Positions 41,874 through 53,219 of a stretch of 64,000 nt of DNA are shown here, piece by piece (positions within the stretch are counted from its first letter, which is position 1; the number at the start of each line of letters is the position of its first letter). Under the pieces are notes generated by a model, which saw only the letters and a list, made by a program, of their open reading frames with translations, did no database searches and had not been told where the DNA came from. This DNA comes from the human T2T-CHM13v2.0 reference genome, Homo sapiens. The stretch lies in NCBI RefSeq assembly GCF_009914755.1, contig NC_060928.1. The stretch is one strand, 5' to 3'. The position numbers were made by a program, and so were the translations under genes.

Positions 41874-43687
41874 GAGTGGGTAAACTTGTCCAGCAGGATA
41901 GGTGGGGAAAGTCTAGACGTTAAGTCCAGGATGTGATATTTAGAAGTCAGGGACATGAGATTACATAGGACAGGGGATAAAATCTCAGAGGTGAGGCCAG
42001 GAGCTGGGACCCACGGAATATGGTCAGGAGTGTACAGTTAGGAGGCACAGTGTCAGAGGTAAGTCAGGTGGGAAGTTGAGGCTCGAAGGCTCAGACAGCT
42101 GAATGAAGCTAAGTGGTCAATACCAGGTGGATGAGGGCACATGATTAAGGCCATTAGGTAAGGCCATTTTTATGTCCTGCCAACGTGGACATAATCTCAC
42201 ATAGGTCAGGTTGGTAAAGCTCAGGAGGTTAATTGCACATGGGTAGGGCCATGTGGGTGAGGCCAGGAGGTGAAGTCCAGGGTGTTAGGACAAGGAGATA
42301 AAGGCCAGCTGAATAAAGAGGTGGTTTACATCAGGTGGTTTAGGCCAAAATGCTAGGTGGGTATGACTATGTAGGCAACCCAATGGCTAAGGATAGTGGC
42401 TAATATTGGGAAGTTAAGGCCAGGCTGATAACACCATTAATTATGGTCATAAGTTTAAGGCCAGGTTTTTAATGGCTTGCAGGAAAAGCCAGGGGAATAA
42501 GGCCAGGGTGGTACAACCAGAGGTGTTAGGGCAAGATGAGTATGATCAAGGGGTTATGACAAGGTGGGGAGGGTTAGGGAGGTATGGCCAAGGGGGTAAG
42601 GTCAGGTGCTGAGTACAAGAGATTAAGGCCAGGAGTTTAGGACTATGTGGTCAAGGCCAGATGAATACAGCTAAGTGGTCAACACCAGTTTGGTAAAGCC
42701 AGGAGACTAAATCTAGAAGGATATGGCTAGGTGGGCGATGCCAGAAGATTAATATCATGTGGGTAAGGCCAGGTTGGTAAGACCATGAGTTTAAGGATAC
42801 CAAGTTAAGGCAGTATGATTAAGTCCATGTGGGTAAGGTCAGGGGTGAGTTCAGGTGAATAAGTTCAGAAACTGAAGCCCAGGTGGATAACCTGGAAAAT
42901 AAGGCCAAGTGGGAAGTACAGTTTGGTAAACCAGGTAATGAAGTTCAGAATGTCAAGGCAAGGATTTAAAGTGAGGAGTTTAAGGCTACAACTTTAAGGC
43001 CAAGTGTGTATGCCCATGTGGGTAAGACAGGTACAACTAAGCCCAAGAGTTTATGAGCAGTGGGTGAATGCTAGGTGGTCTAAGTCTACTGAAAACTTAA
43101 TGGTTAACATCAGATGGGTCAGGGGAGTAAAGCAGGTAGGTAAGTACAAGAGGTTAACACTGGGAGGTTATGGCCAGGAGGTTGAGGCCAGGTGAATGAA
43201 GCTAGGTGATTAACACCAGATAGGTAAGAGCATGGCATTAAAGCCAGGTAGTAAGGTAAAGACATTAATTGTAGATAGTATTAAAGCTAGTTTAGTAAGG
43301 TAAAGAAGTTAATTGTAGATATGTAAGACCAGGTAAGTAAGGTCAGATGGGTGAGGTCAAGATGTTAAAGCTAGGAGGTCAAAGTTAGATGAATCAGGCT
43401 AGGTTGTTAACACCAGATTGGTAACAGCAGAAGTTAAAGCCAGGCAGGTAAGGCCAATTGCCTGAGGCCAGGTGGGTAAGAGCAGGAAGTTAAGATTGGG
43501 TGTTTGAGGCCTGGTGGTTAATAAAACCATTAAGTAAGGCAGGAGGATAGGTCCAGCAGTTAAATGCCAGTTTGCTAAGATCAGCAGGGTAAGGATCAGT
43601 GTGTAAGGCCAGGTAGGTATTCCTAGTTGAATACAGTTAGGTGGTTAACATCAAGTTGCTAAGTCCAGGAGGTTAAGGCCAGGATGG

Positions 43688-44047
43688 TGATATGGCTTGG
43701 CTCAGTGTCCCCACCCAGATCTCACCTTGAATTGTAATAATCCCCATGTGCTGTGGGAGAGACACTGTGGAAGGTAATTGAATCATGGGGGTGGGTTTTT
43801 CCTATGCTGTTCTCGCGATAGTGAATAATTCTCATGAGATCTGCTGATTATATAAAGGGGAGTTCCCCTGCGTATGCGCTCTTGCCTGCTGTCATGTAAG
43901 ATGTGGCTTTGCTCTTCCTTCACCTTCTGCCATGATTGTGAGGCCTCCCCAGCCATGTGGAACTGTGAGTCTACTAAACCTCTTTCCTTTATAAATTACC
44001 CAGTCTCGGGTATGTCTTTATTAGCAGCATGAGAATAGACTAATACA
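43688..44047 (+). mobile_element. THE1B-like solo LTR inside the array
   Basis: tgatatgg...taataca; TSD gatgg/tatgg. Confidence 0.92.
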
Positions 44048-46330
44048 TATGGTAAGACCAAGTAGGTAACCTGGTGGGCAAACACAGGTTAAGGCTCGTA
44101 CGGCAAGACCAGTAGGTAACCTGGCACTAATATCACAGTCATAACCTTGGAGGTTAAGGATAGAATGTTCAGACTGATGGTTATGACTGTGATATTAATG
44201 CCAGGTGCGTGACTTTGTATTTAAGGACAAGCGGGTAAGGCTAAGAGGTTGCAAAGAGAGATTATGGCCATAAGATTAAGACCAGGTGGGAAGGCCAGGT
44301 GGTGAGGTTTTGTGGGTAAGGCAAGGGGGCTGGGATGAGGCGTATAAGGTCAGGGGGGCACAGTCAGGAGTATAATCCTCATGTATAAACCAGGTTGGCA
44401 AGGCTAGAAGGTTAATGGCAGATGTGTAAGGCCAGGTGGGTATAGCCAGGGGTGAAGGCCTGGGGGTTACAGCTAGGAGCATAATGTCAGCATGATATAG
44501 ACAGGGGTATGTGGCCTGGGAAGTATGATTAAAGGGGGACTTCCAGGGGTGTATGGCCAGGGGGTGACCTGGACAAGGGTGTCTAACCAGGTGGGTAGGT
44601 ACAAGAGGTTAAGCCTAAGAGTTTAAAGCCTGGAAGTCCAGGCCAGCTGAATAATGCTAGGTGGTTTACACCTGGTGGGAGAGGCCGTGAGGTTAAGTTC
44701 AGAAGGCTAAAGCTTACAGGGTAAGGCCAAGTGGGTGAAGCCAGGAGCTTAAGACTGAGAGAGGCCACAAGGTTAATAAGATCATGTGGATAAATCTAGG
44801 TTCATACATCTAGATTAATGCCAGTTATGTAATGCTACTTGAGTTAGGACAGGTGGTTAAGGCCAAGTATGTGTGGCCAGGTGGTTAAGGCCAGGAAGTT
44901 AAGACTGAGTGATACGGCCAGGTGGTTAATGTGGCCAAGGGGTAAGGTAACGGTCTACCGAATAAAGCTATGTGATTCATACAAGGTGGGCAGGGCCACA
45001 CGGGTAGGGCCAGGAGATTGAGGCCAGGTGGGTAAAACCAGCTAAGTATGATTCCCAGGTCAAGGCTGGGTAGGGAGGACCCCGAGGCTATGGTTATGAG
45101 GGTACTACCAGGAAGGTAAGGTCAGATAGATAGACATGGGGTTAAAGACCTTGGCCAGGTCCTGGCTGAGCCTAAGTCTCAGTTTTAGCAGTTACACCTG
45201 TGAGAATATAATGTTCCTCATACATCACTTTATTCATAGGAGATGATAATAATCTCTGGGTCGTTGGTCTTGGGAAGCACTATGTGAAATACAGGCAAAG
45301 CATGGCATACCACTACTTCAAGTTAGTTCCTCTCTTGTGTCATCACCATCACGATTTAATAGACTAAATGGGACAAACTCATCCTTGCACTGGACAAACG
45401 CCTACTGGAGGATGGCCACCTTCTCACTTGCTCATTTGCCCCATGTCAAGTCTATGCCAGCTCCTAGGGCCCCTGCAGATCATCTATGCACCCCGTCCTT
45501 CCCTATGACAAATCCTGTTTATTAACTTCGTAGAAGGGTCACTCACAGAAGTTATTTTGCTACTGGCTTCCCTATTTATTAATCCTTCTTCACTACTACA
45601 ACTAAGAAATGAAGAGATGTGTAAAATGCACAGGGTCAAGGACTGAAGGTGGGAGGTGGTGGCATTTGCTGCCTTTGGTAGGGAAATGGATTTCTGTTGA
45701 TGAGTGCAGCCAGCTGGGACTGTTTCACTCCTGGCAGCAGTAGAGCATATATAAGACACCACAAGAAGGAGATCTGTTTACTGCCCACTGAGGAGTCCTG
45801 CCTTGAGGGCAAGTCAGGCTCCATCATAAAGGGAAAACACCTGGGGATGCGGCACTCTCAAACACAGCCTACTGCAGCAATGGTGGTGATACCAACAGTT
45901 GTGCTTGTGTTTATAAATCACATTATGCTTCTGCTCACAGAGATCAATTTCTAATCTACACCAACACAGGCACTGCAAGAGCAATGCAAATTCCCTCCTG
46001 CCTGGTCGGAATCTCTGGCAGCAGTGCAGAGGCTGCAGCCTTGCCTTATCCCTAAAACTCATGCTTGCTCTATCCAGCTACAGCCTCAACTGTGATGGCC
46101 ACACCTGCTGCAGCCTTTTCTTATTCTCAATGCCTGTGTTAGCACTGTCCAGCTGTAGGGCCAGGTTGCCTCAGATGCAGCTCTGCCTCTACATCCAGTA
46201 GTCTGCCCCAGCTATGACATGAACCCTGTATCCCACAGCAATCCACTCCTAGGAAAACCAAAGTCCCGGAGAACAACCCCCACAACCCCCTCCCCCACCA
46301 CAAATCACTGTAGGAGGGGAGACATACAGA

Positions 46331-46383
46331 TGTACTGACTCATGGCAGTAGTACATGACTCATGGCAGTAGTACATGACTCAT
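46331..46383. promoter_or_regulatory. Three AP-1 (TGACTCA) sites in a 20-bp tandem repeat
   Basis: TGACTCA at 46336, 46356 and 46376; function untested. Confidence 0.55.
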
Positions 46384-46527
46384 TTTGGGGTACCAGTCTT
46401 GTTCCCCGGTACAGCCCCTTCTTCTGAAAAGTGCTTCTTCTTATTTCAGCCGTGTTGCTCTAGAGCAGCTGTTCTCTTGCAGCAGAGAGTTAGCTGGCCA
46501 AAAGTGGACCAGCAAGACCCTTACTAG

Positions 46528-46625
46528 AAGGGTAAAGTAAGACCATGACATTGAGGCCAGGTAGGTAAGTCAGTTTAGTAAGGCAAGGAAGTAATTAACA
46601 ATTGTATTAAATAGATAAGGCCTAT
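46528..46625 (+). repeat. Detached block of the TAAGGCCAGG array
   Basis: gtaagaccatg, tgaggccaggtaggtaag, tttagtaaggcaagg, gataaggcc. Confidence 0.7.
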
Positions 46626-47109
46626 CTGAGATCGGATGAAGGGGCCAGGCTTTCTCCACAAGCCTCAAATTTATGACATAAAACTAGAGTAACTGGAAGG
46701 TACACAGACCAAGAAATAAAGGCAGCCAGTTCTGATAACAAGAGAAGAGAATGACGCAAACCTATAACGTGCCAGACTATTGACAGAAGTTTTAACATAT
46801 ATGGTTCCAGCTCCATCTGCAAACAATCATTTTGTTACAGAAAAATGCTTAAAATAAATTCCTTTACTTGTGCTCACTAAAATTGTTTGTCTCTTGTGCT
46901 CCAAAAAGAAGCTAAGAAAGAAAAGTTTCTGGCGTTTTTAAAACCTACTGCCTTGATCTGCCAATTCCATTGACCATATGTCCAGCAGTCAGGCTGGTTA
47001 CCTGATAAGCACTTGTACCTCACGCGCCCTCATCCTTCCTTTAGCTTTCTCCAGAGAGAACTAGAGAGTGAATGGGTAACAGAAGAGAGGGTAAAATCAA
47101 CATCCAGAG

Positions 47110-47292
47110 CAGGCTCTCTGAGCCACAGCACTACTGACATTTGGGCTTAGATAACTCTTTGTTGGGGATCTTTCCTTCACTGCAGAGTGCTTAGCAGCAT
47201 CCTTGGCCTCCACCCACTAGAGGCCAGTAGCACTCTCCAGTCCTCACAACTAACATCAACATTACAAAATCACACTCAGTTGAGAAACACTG
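47110..47292. mobile_element. MER20 (hAT-Charlie) element
   Basis: gcactactgacattt...ttagcagcatccttggcctc.acccactaga.gccagtagcac...gttgagaaacactg. Confidence 0.85.
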
Positions 47293-47812
47293 ACTTAAAT
47301 GCATGATATCTGGGGCTATGCTGACTCTAAAACAGATCTCTTCAAAGATGATAGTTAAATAAATATACAGTTGGCTATATTTTCAACTCTAATTTTCAGT
47401 TAGGAGCATTACACCTAGAAGACAGAAAATCTGACATAAAGGAGCCAAGCAGTGGGTTCCTGTGGCTGCTTTTAAACACCTATCATGGCAGTACTAGTTT
47501 ACCCTGTAGTGAGTTTTACAAGCACAGAAAATAACTATTACATAACACATTGTGGGTCAAAATCTCAAAAGAAATGCAAGTTCTTTACTATAAAGGAAAT
47601 TGGAAAACAAAAATACCACTTATAATTTTGTTCATCAATAATGTGAAGAACAATAATACAAAATTTTCTATAAACCTATACTGGAGCTTGGTGACTTTCT
47701 TACTGAGATATAACCTTGAATGGTAGACTTCTGTTATACCTGAACTGACACACACACATACTTGACAGCTGAAGATGTGGCTGACAGGGTTGCCAGTCTC
47801 CAGGAGGGCAAT

Positions 47813-48176
47813 TTGATGGTCTGAATGTTTTTGTGCCCCCCTCAAATTTACAGGTTGAAATCCTGCTCCCCAATATGATGGTATCAGGAAGTGGGGCCTC
47901 AGGAGGTATTTAGGTCCTGAGGGTGGAGCTCTCATAAATGAGTTTAGTGCCAGATAAAAGGAACCCCAGATATCTTTTTGCCCCTTCTGCCACATAAGGA
48001 CACAGTAAGAAGGTGCTGTCTATGATTCGGAAAGGAGGCCCTTACCAGATGCTGACTCTACCAGTGCTTTGATCTTGAACTTCCAGCCTCCAGAAATGGG
48101 AGAACTGAATTTCTGTTGTCTATGAGCCACAGAGTTTGTGATGTTTTTGTTATAGCAGCCCAAATGGGCTAAGGCA
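47813..48176 (+). mobile_element. MaLR solo LTR, MLT1A0-like
   Basis: atggtctgaatgttt...gagggtggagctctcat...ttccagcctccagaa...ttgttatagcagccc...ctaaggca. Confidence 0.85.
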
Positions 48177-48634
48177 GGGTCCCACCTTTTGATATTCATG
48201 CCTATGTCATCTTCTTCTCACGGAATTTGCTTCTATAACCTATAGGAGATTGGAAATGACAGAATGTAATTCTGAAGCTAGACGATTTCCTGTTCTCTTG
48301 GATCACTTGCTTTGGTGAAAGCTGGTGGCCATCTTGTGAGGACACTCAAGCAGCCCTCTGGAGAGACCCTCTTGGTGATGAGCCAAAGCCTCCTACCCAC
48401 AGCTGTGTGGGTGAGACGTCTTGCAAGCAGTCTGTCTAGTCCCTGACAAGCCTTCCCATGGCTGTAGATAAGGACAACATCTCAACTTCAACAATGTGAC
48501 AGACCTTGGAACAGAAGTGCCCAACAAAGCCACTTCCAAATTCCTGATCCACAGAAACTGTGAGGGATAATTTTTTATTTCCATTTGAAGTCACTAAATT
48601 TGGGGGTTATTTGACAGTAATAGATACCTAACAC
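48177..48634 (+). mobile_element. MaLR LTR, MLT1F-like
   Basis: gtgaggacactcaagcagcc...aattcctgatccacagaaactgtgag...tagatacctaacaca. Confidence 0.75.
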
Positions 48635-49309
48635 AGTGGTGAAAGAGTTTTCTCTAGAACATAAAAAAAAATGTGTTTCTTTTCGTCAACTGGGTAAGTC
48701 ATTGAATATATTTTTGGAGGGATCTTGAACCCTCCATAAACTTAGTTCCATATGAAAAAGTTATTGGGATAGTCACCTAAAAGAACTAGATTCCACCCTC
48801 CATACCCCAAACAGTGCAGCTTAAACCTTCTCATCACTGTGCTTGATTTCCTGAAAGTCTGCTCCCTTTCTGGAAACTGATGCTGAAGAAAAATTGAATA
48901 ACCTAATAAAGACCTTGTTTGTTGACAATGGTGAAGTACAGCAAGAACCAACTAAGCAGGGAATTACTTTAGTCTTCCCTGAAAAAGAAAATCACAATGT
49001 TGCTGGTTCAATTCTATTGTGGTCAATGACAACACCACAATGAAGTTGCAAAGTCGAAATGCAGGTGATATTCAAGTGCAGAAGAAAGAAAACATGAAGT
49101 TAAAGGGCCAAATAAAAGGATGAAAGAGAAGAGATTTAAAAATGATAATGACACATAAACTTGAAAATGATGCCACAGAACAAGAATGCTACACAAATCT
49201 CACTTGTAGATATTTACCAGGCACACTGAAAGAGTCCACAATGACCAACCGGAGACAAAGCCACAAATATAAATATAAGGAATCTGCATATATTATTGAC
49301 CTCACTGCC

Positions 49310-51598
49310 TGATATGGTTTGGCTGTGTCCTCATTCAAATCTCAATTTGAATTGTATCTCCCAGAATGCCCACGTGTTGTGGGAGGGACCCAGGAGGAGG
49401 TAATCGAATCGTGGGGGCTGGTCTTTTCATGCTATTCTCGTGATAGTGAATAAGTCTCACAAGATCTGATGGGTTTATTAGCGATTTCCACTTTTGCTTC
49501 CTCCTCATTTTTCTCTTGCCACCACCATATAAGAAGTGCCTTTTACCTCCCACCATGATTTGGAGGCCTCCCCAGCCATGTGGAACTGTAAGTCCAATTA
49601 AACCTCTTTTTCTTCCCAGTCTCAGGTATGTCTTTATCAGCAGCATGAAAACAGTAAAGTGGAGTGTTGCTGAAAAGATACCTGAAAATGTGGAAGTGAC
49701 TTTGGAACTGGGTAACAGGCAGAGGTTGGAACAGTTTGGAGGGCTCAGAAGAAGACAGGAAAATGTGGGAAAGTTTGGAACTTTCTAGAGATTTGTTGAA
49801 TGGCCTTGCCCAAAATGCTGATAGCCATATGGACAATAAGATCCAGGCTGAGGTGGTCTCAGGTGGAGATGAGGAACTTGTTGGGAACTGGAGCAAAGGT
49901 GACTCCTGTTATGTTTTAGTAAAGAGACTGGTGGCATTTTACCCCTGCCCTAGAGATTTGTGGAACTTTGAACTTGAGAAAGATGACTTAGGGTATCTGG
50001 TGGGAGAAAGATGACTTAGGGTATCTGGTGGAAGAAATTTCTAAGCAGCAAAGCATTCAAGAGGTGACTCGAGTACTGTTAAAAGCATTCAGTTTTAAAA
50101 GGGAAACAGAGCGTAAGAGTTCAGAAAATTTGCAGCCTGACAATGCAATAGAAAGGAAAAACCAATTTTCTGGGGAGAAATTCAAGCTGGCTACAGAAAT
50201 TTGCATAAGTAGCAAGGAGCCTAATGTTAATGCCCAAGACCATGAGGAAAATGTCTCCAGGGCATGTCAGAGGTCTTCACAGCAGCCCCTCCCATCACAG
50301 GCCCAGAGGCCCAGGAAAAAAAGTGGTTTCCTGGGCCAAGCCCCGGTCCCTGTGCTGTGTGCAGCCTAGGGACTTGTGCCCTGTGTCCCAGCTGCTCCAG
50401 CCATGGCTGAAAGGGGTCAATGTAGAGCTTGGGCTCTGGCTTCAGAGGGTGGAAGCCCGAAACCTTGGCAGCTTTAACCTGGTGTTGAGTCTGCGGGTGC
50501 ACAGAAGTCAAGAATTGAGGTTTGGGAACCTCTGCCTAGATTTCAGAGTATGTATGGAAATGCCTGGATGCCCAGGCAAAAGTTTGCTGCAGGGGCAGGG
50601 CTCTCATGGAGAACCTCCGCTAGGGCAGTGAAGAAGGGAAATGTGGGGTCAGAGCCCCCATATAGAGTTCCTACTGGGGCACTGCCAAGTGGAGCTATGA
50701 GAAGAGGGCCACCGTCCTCCAGACTCCAGAATGGTAGATCCACCAACAGCTTGCACCGCGTGCCTGGGAAAGCCACAGACACTCAACACCAGCCTGTGAA
50801 AGCAGCTGGGAGGGAGGCTGTATCCTGCAAAGCTGCAGGGACGGAGCTGCCCAAGACCATAGGAGCTCACCTCTTGCATCAGCGTGACCTGGATGTGAGA
50901 CCTGGAGTCAAAGGAGATCATTTTGGAGCTTTAAAATTTGACTGCCCTGCTGCATTTCATACTTGCGTGGTACCTGTAACCCCTTTGTTTTGGCCAGTTT
51001 CTCCCATTTGGAACAGCTATATTTACCCAACACCTGTACTGCCATTGTATCTAGGAAGTAACTAGCTTGCTTTTGATTTCACAGGCTCATAAGCAGAAGG
51101 GACTTACCTTATCTCAAATAAAACTTTGGACTGTGGACTTTTGGGTTAATGCTGAAATGAGTTAAGACTTTGGGGGACTGTTGGGAAGGCATGATTAGTT
51201 TTGAAATATGAGGACATGATATTTGGAGGGGCCAGGGATGGAATGATATGGTTTGGCTATGTCCCCTTTCAAATCTCATATTGAATTACATCTCCCACAA
51301 TTCTCACATGTTGTCGGAGGGACTCAGGGGGAGATAATTGAATCATGTGGGCTGGTCTTTCCCGTGCTATTCTCCTGATAGTGAATAAGTCTCACGGTAT
51401 CTGATGGGTTTATCAGGGTTTTCTACTTTTGCTTCCTCCTTATTTTTCTCTTTCTGCTGCCATCTGAGAAGTGCCTTTCACCTCCTGCCATGATTCTGAG
51501 GCCTCCCCAGCCATGTGGAACTGTAAGTCCAATTAAGCCTCTTTTTCTTCCCAGTCTTGGGTATGTCTTTATCAGCAGTGTGAAAACGGACTAATACA
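49310..51598 (+). mobile_element. Complete THE1A-like MaLR element (LTR-internal-LTR)
   Basis: LTRs at 49310-~49652 and 51244-51598; THE1 internal region between them; TSD ctgcc at 49305-49309 and 51599-51603. Confidence 0.95.
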
Positions 51599-51699
51599 CT
51601 GCCTTAGGAACCCACATAATATAGTCAATGTCCATTTTGACTGAACAAGAGTTTACACACGGTACACTTCAACTCCACAGCCAGCATCATGATTACTAG

Positions 51700-52130
51700 T
51701 TAAAGATCAGAAGCACTCCTGTCTTATCCATGTTTCCTGATAGTGCCTGTACCAGTTAGAAAAGGTAAAAAATTATCATTATTTGCCTTCATGAAAATCA
51801 TTAGAAAAACTATTATAACAATAGCTTTCCTTTATATTAGCAATAAACTAGTAGAAAATATAAAAATTAAGCCTCTTTCACAATAGCCATAAAAACTTAG
51901 AATACCCAGGAGCAATCAATATAAAACGTATGCAGAACCAAGAAGAAAGCTACCTAACTTCCCTGAGGAATACAGATAATGACTGGAATAAATATATAAC
52001 ATGTTATAGGGCCAAAATATTAATATTACAAATCAAACTGCATGATAAATGCAATTTAAATCAATATCGCAAGTTTTGAGCATGATCTTAAAGAGTTGCA
52101 AAACAGATTTTTGAAGAGGGCTGGAGAGGA
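51700..52130 (+). mobile_element. Degraded L1ME ORF2 fragment
   Basis: caatagctttcctttatattagcaata...ttcacaatagc...aatacccagga motifs. Confidence 0.55.
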
Positions 52131-52149
52131 GTCCAACTCTACAAACAGC

Positions 52150-53020
52150 CCCAATCAATGGGAGCCTGGTCCAAATGGCTTGATTGTCTGGAACCCAATC
52201 CAGTCTGGAATCCATAGCCCTCCTGGAAACAGCCCTTAGATTCTCCTCCTGAGATTTCCCTGTCTACTTCACCAGGGCTTGTGGCTCCTGGGTACCCCTC
52301 TGTCAGACTCCAAAATGGACAAGGACCATAACTGAATGACACCTTTCTTTCACCTGGCCTTGAGATGAGTTCTGCACCCAGCCAGGTCCAGCAAGACACA
52401 TCTGGGGGATGAGCTTGTTCTGGACGCTGGCCTGTGGAACTGTAGCCTGGAGTTGCCAATAGTCCTCTTGGCACTTTAAGGGAGAACATGCCTAGAAATG
52501 AATCCAATCCCTAGAGGTAAGGTAACCTCCAGGATGGCTTCAACCATCCTGATTTTCAGAGCTTGTAGCCTTGTCTGATCCCCTCCTCTTATGTGGCTGA
52601 CCTGCTGACTTGCTTCTAACCTCCAGAATCAAAGGTGAGATTAAGTCTCGAGAGACTGTGACTTTCTCTTTCTCTTTTTCTATTTCCCTCTCTCTCCCTT
52701 TCTTCTTCCTCCGCTGCTGCTGCTTCTGCTCCTTCTCCTTCTCCTCCTCCCCCCACCTCTCTAACTTGCTTTGAGAAAGCCAGCCATCATTATGTGAGCT
52801 GCCCCGTGGAGTGGTCTATGTGACAAGAAACTGAGAGCCACCTGAACCAGGCAAGTGAGCTCAAAGTGGGTCCTGCCTAGTGGCACTCAGGGCAACCACA
52901 AACTGGCTGAGATCATTTCTGTAGCCCCTCAGGCTCTGGGCTCAGGACCTAAGCTCTTATCTGACAGAAACTGAGGTGATAAATGTTGTTTCAAGTTACT
53001 AAGTTGTGGGAGTAGAGAGA
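52150..53020 (+). mobile_element. Old MaLR LTR fragments (MLT1 family) with a CT-rich tract
   Basis: tgtagcctggagttgcc; gacttgcttctaac; cagaaactgaggtgataaatgttgtttcaagttactaagtt. Confidence 0.55.
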
Positions 53021-53219
53021 TATTAGGTGACCCCCCCAACCTCTGTCCTTCTCACAGCCCCCACTTTAGGGAAGACTTCACAGTGCTATTACAAAGAATA
53101 GGATATGGCTGGATTATAAAAAAATGAATTTATGCCAGGAGATTTGAGGTAGAGCTAAGGTTCATTGATAAATATATTCTAAATGGATAAAGGAATGAAG
53201 TAGAAAAGATAAAGCTAAC

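Larger units (their letters stand above)
40839..45160 (+). repeat. Degenerate ~14-bp G-rich tandem array (consensus about TAAGGCCAGGWGGK)
   Basis: taaggccagg-like units recur every 13-15 bp; interrupted by LTRs at 41461-41873 and 43688-44047. Confidence 0.9.

Noticed and set aside
43004-44768. Short ORFs within the array
   Set aside because: The 14-bp period is not a multiple of 3, stops are frequent and there is no recognisable protein
40839-45160. Array as CRISPR, telomeric repeat or immunoglobulin switch region
   Set aside because: Primate DNA with no identical repeats separated by unique spacers and no cas genes; not (TTAGGG)n; lacks dense GAGCT/GGGGT pentamers and nearby Ig exons
40839-45160. 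miR-124/506 sponge on the minus strand
   Set aside because: The monomer gives TGGCCTTA, not the seed match GTGCCTTA
45697-45792. C/D-box snoRNA (tgatga...ctga)
   Set aside because: No terminal stem and no recognisable rRNA/snRNA guide; such motifs are expected by chance
49335-51065. Overlapping ORFs up to 171 aa
   Set aside because: All lie inside the THE1 LTR/internal sequence and are not host genes
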